Shown piece by piece: positions 30,996-32,000 of a stretch of 32,000 bases of DNA. This DNA is from Candidatus Saccharimonadota bacterium (GTDB lineage Bacteria > Pseudomonadota > Gammaproteobacteria > Enterobacterales > Enterobacteriaceae): NCBI GenBank assembly GCA_041941765.1, contig CP145869.1, positions 60,001 through 92,000 on the forward strand, given 5' to 3'. Position numbers and translations under genes: made by a program. Position 1 is the first letter of the stretch, and the number at the start of each line of letters is the position of its first letter. Below the pieces are notes generated by a model. The model did not search any database. It was not told where the DNA came from and saw only the letters and a list, made by a program, of their open reading frames with translations.

Positions 30996-31283
30996 TTACC
31001 AATGTATTTGTTGTATATGAATAGTAGAAAGTTTTACAAATTCATCATAATTAATTAATTTAATATGTGATGATATTAAATTGAACACTCCACGTGCTTG
31101 TACATCATTTATAAGAGCATATGTATTAATAGCAAGAATTGATAATTCCTTTAAAATAATATTGGTTTTAAATCCCATAATTATTCCGTCTTGTAACATT
31201 AAAACTTCATCATTATCTATTAAACAACTTAAAAAATTATCTTGATTAATTTGATATAATGGATGTGATAAAATATGTAACAT
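30996..31283 (-). CDS. tusB: tRNA 2-thiouridine synthesis sulfur-relay protein TusB
   Basis: 95 aa, the same length as E. coli TusB (YheL). MLH.L...P........L......DE.L.LQDG........N...........YAL..D..ARG..........I.Y..FV.L...H.....W. It lies immediately upstream of rpsL, as in E. coli. Confidence 0.88.
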   Translation of the reverse strand: MLHILSHPLYQINQDNFLSCLIDNDEVLMLQDGIIMGFKTNIILKELSILAINTYALINDVQARGVFNLISSHIKLINYDEFVKLSTIHIQQIHW

Positions 31284-31298
31284 ATAGATTCAATCTAA

Positions 31299-31658
31299 TT
31301 AAAATGTTAAAATTTTTTCAAAAGAATGTAGTTTCGTTTTTAAATCAGAAGGATATAAGATTTCTACAGAAATTACAAAATTCGTTTTTAAATTAATTCC
31401 TCTTTGTATTAATGACATACCACATACATATATATACTTTATATCATAAATATCTAAAATTTGAAAGCTCTTAACATAATGACGTGTTAAAATTTTATTA
31501 CTATTTTGAAAAGGATAAAGTTGTAATACTCCATCACCAATAAAAAATAATCCTATTTCATTAGTAAATGCAGCTGTTGCTAATACTATATCTAAACCTT
31601 CACGACCAGAACTAGTTCCGTAAGGAGAATGTAAAAAAACAAAAGCAATAGGTTTCAA
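31299..31658 (-). CDS. tusC: tRNA 2-thiouridine synthesis sulfur-relay protein TusC (TTG start)
   Basis: 119 aa, the same length as E. coli TusC (YheM). (M)KPIAFVF...P.GT..GREGLD..LAT.A.T......FFI.DGV.QL.P.Q matches from residue 1. This supports the TTG (complement of CAA at 31656-31658) as the start codon. Confidence 0.9.
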   Translation of the reverse strand: MKPIAFVFLHSPYGTSSGREGLDIVLATAAFTNEIGLFFIGDGVLQLYPFQNSNKILTRHYVKSFQILDIYDIKYIYVCGMSLIQRGINLKTNFVISVEILYPSDLKTKLHSFEKILTF

Positions 31659-32000
31659 AATTGTACCAATCGTTCACAATGAAGTATTGACTGAACTAAA
31701 GATCCTAATCCCCGAATTTTAAATCCGCTTTTTATATTATTGATTCGTTCTAATGTTTTACTATTAGTAAAAACTCCTACTCCTCTCCTCATAGCAGCAG
31801 ATGAACATATATATAATGGAATATCATATTTGTGATGTATTATAGACCAAGCATGTACTAAATCAAATTCATCGCTAGCAGGATAAACACAACGATTAGC
31901 ATTATATATTCCGTCTCCATAAAAAAAAATTAAATCTAACCGGTGATTATTCTTATTATTAGAATTACTAAGAATTGATTGAGCAAATAAATAAGCATTA
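31655..32000 (-). CDS. tusD: tRNA 2-thiouridine synthesis sulfur-relay protein TusD, C-terminal ~114 codons (5' end outside window)
   Basis: Not in the ORF track because no start codon lies in the window. My hand translation of the - strand is NAYLFAQSILSNSNNKNNHRLDLIFFYGDGIYNANRCVYPASDEFDLVHAWSIIHHKYDIPLYICSSAAMRRGV...GFKIRGLGSLVQSILHCERLVQF*. This aligns with E. coli TusD (...FFYREGVYNAN....PASDEFDLVRAW......HGV.L.IC..AALRRGV...GF.L.GLG.L.E.....DRVVQF). Confidence 0.9.
   Translation of the reverse strand, partial: NAYLFAQSILSNSNNKNNHRLDLIFFYGDGIYNANRCVYPASDEFDLVHAWSIIHHKYDIPLYICSSAAMRRGVGVFTNSKTLERINNIKSGFKIRGLGSLVQSILHCERLVQF

Overview
This is a gene-dense, very AT-rich window (roughly three quarters A+T by eye, not computed). 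It holds 50 CDS and 3 tRNAs with very short spacers. It looks like a reduced-genome insect endosymbiont derived from Enterobacterales (Buchnera/Blochmannia/Wigglesworthia-like); I cannot name the species from sequence alone.

Bases 1-12741 carry housekeeping genes in a mosaic order. On the + strand: gyrA 3' end, cutA, tRNA-Phe, nusB, folA. On the - strand: tRNA-Asn and asnS. Then pyrD (+), a small 2Fe-2S ferredoxin (-), and on the + strand nfo, rplY, tRNA-Pro, purA, rnr, rlmB, rpsF, rpsR, rplI.

Bases 12748-32000 are one uninterrupted - strand translation supercluster collinear with E. coli. It runs tusD-tusC-tusB, then the str operon (rpsL-rpsG-fusA-tufA), the S10 operon, the spc operon (including rpmJ, which the ORF track misses) and the alpha operon through rplQ. 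The genetic code is standard (TGA is a stop, TGG is Trp). Non-ATG starts are GTG for nusB, rpsM and tufA, and TTG for tusC.

I see no mobile element, CRISPR array, prophage, toxin or defence module, or orphan multi-gene system. This is an ordinary core region and I found no evidence for a novel biological system. The points worth a second look are small-scale:
- folA has no stop at the canonical position and reads 28 codons further, antisense into tRNA-Asn. An A8 tract sits at the junction, and A7 would restore a TAG stop.
- asnS is followed by its cognate tRNA in the same orientation.
- A stand-alone ferredoxin lies tail to tail with pyrD and has ambiguous ancestry (yfaE versus a ycbX remnant).
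- Two ribosomal-protein operons converge across 6 bp, with an AT-only palindrome covering both stop codons.
- priB and nsrR are missing, and RNase R and GyrA lack their terminal appendages.
- tusC uses a TTG start overlapping the tusD stop.
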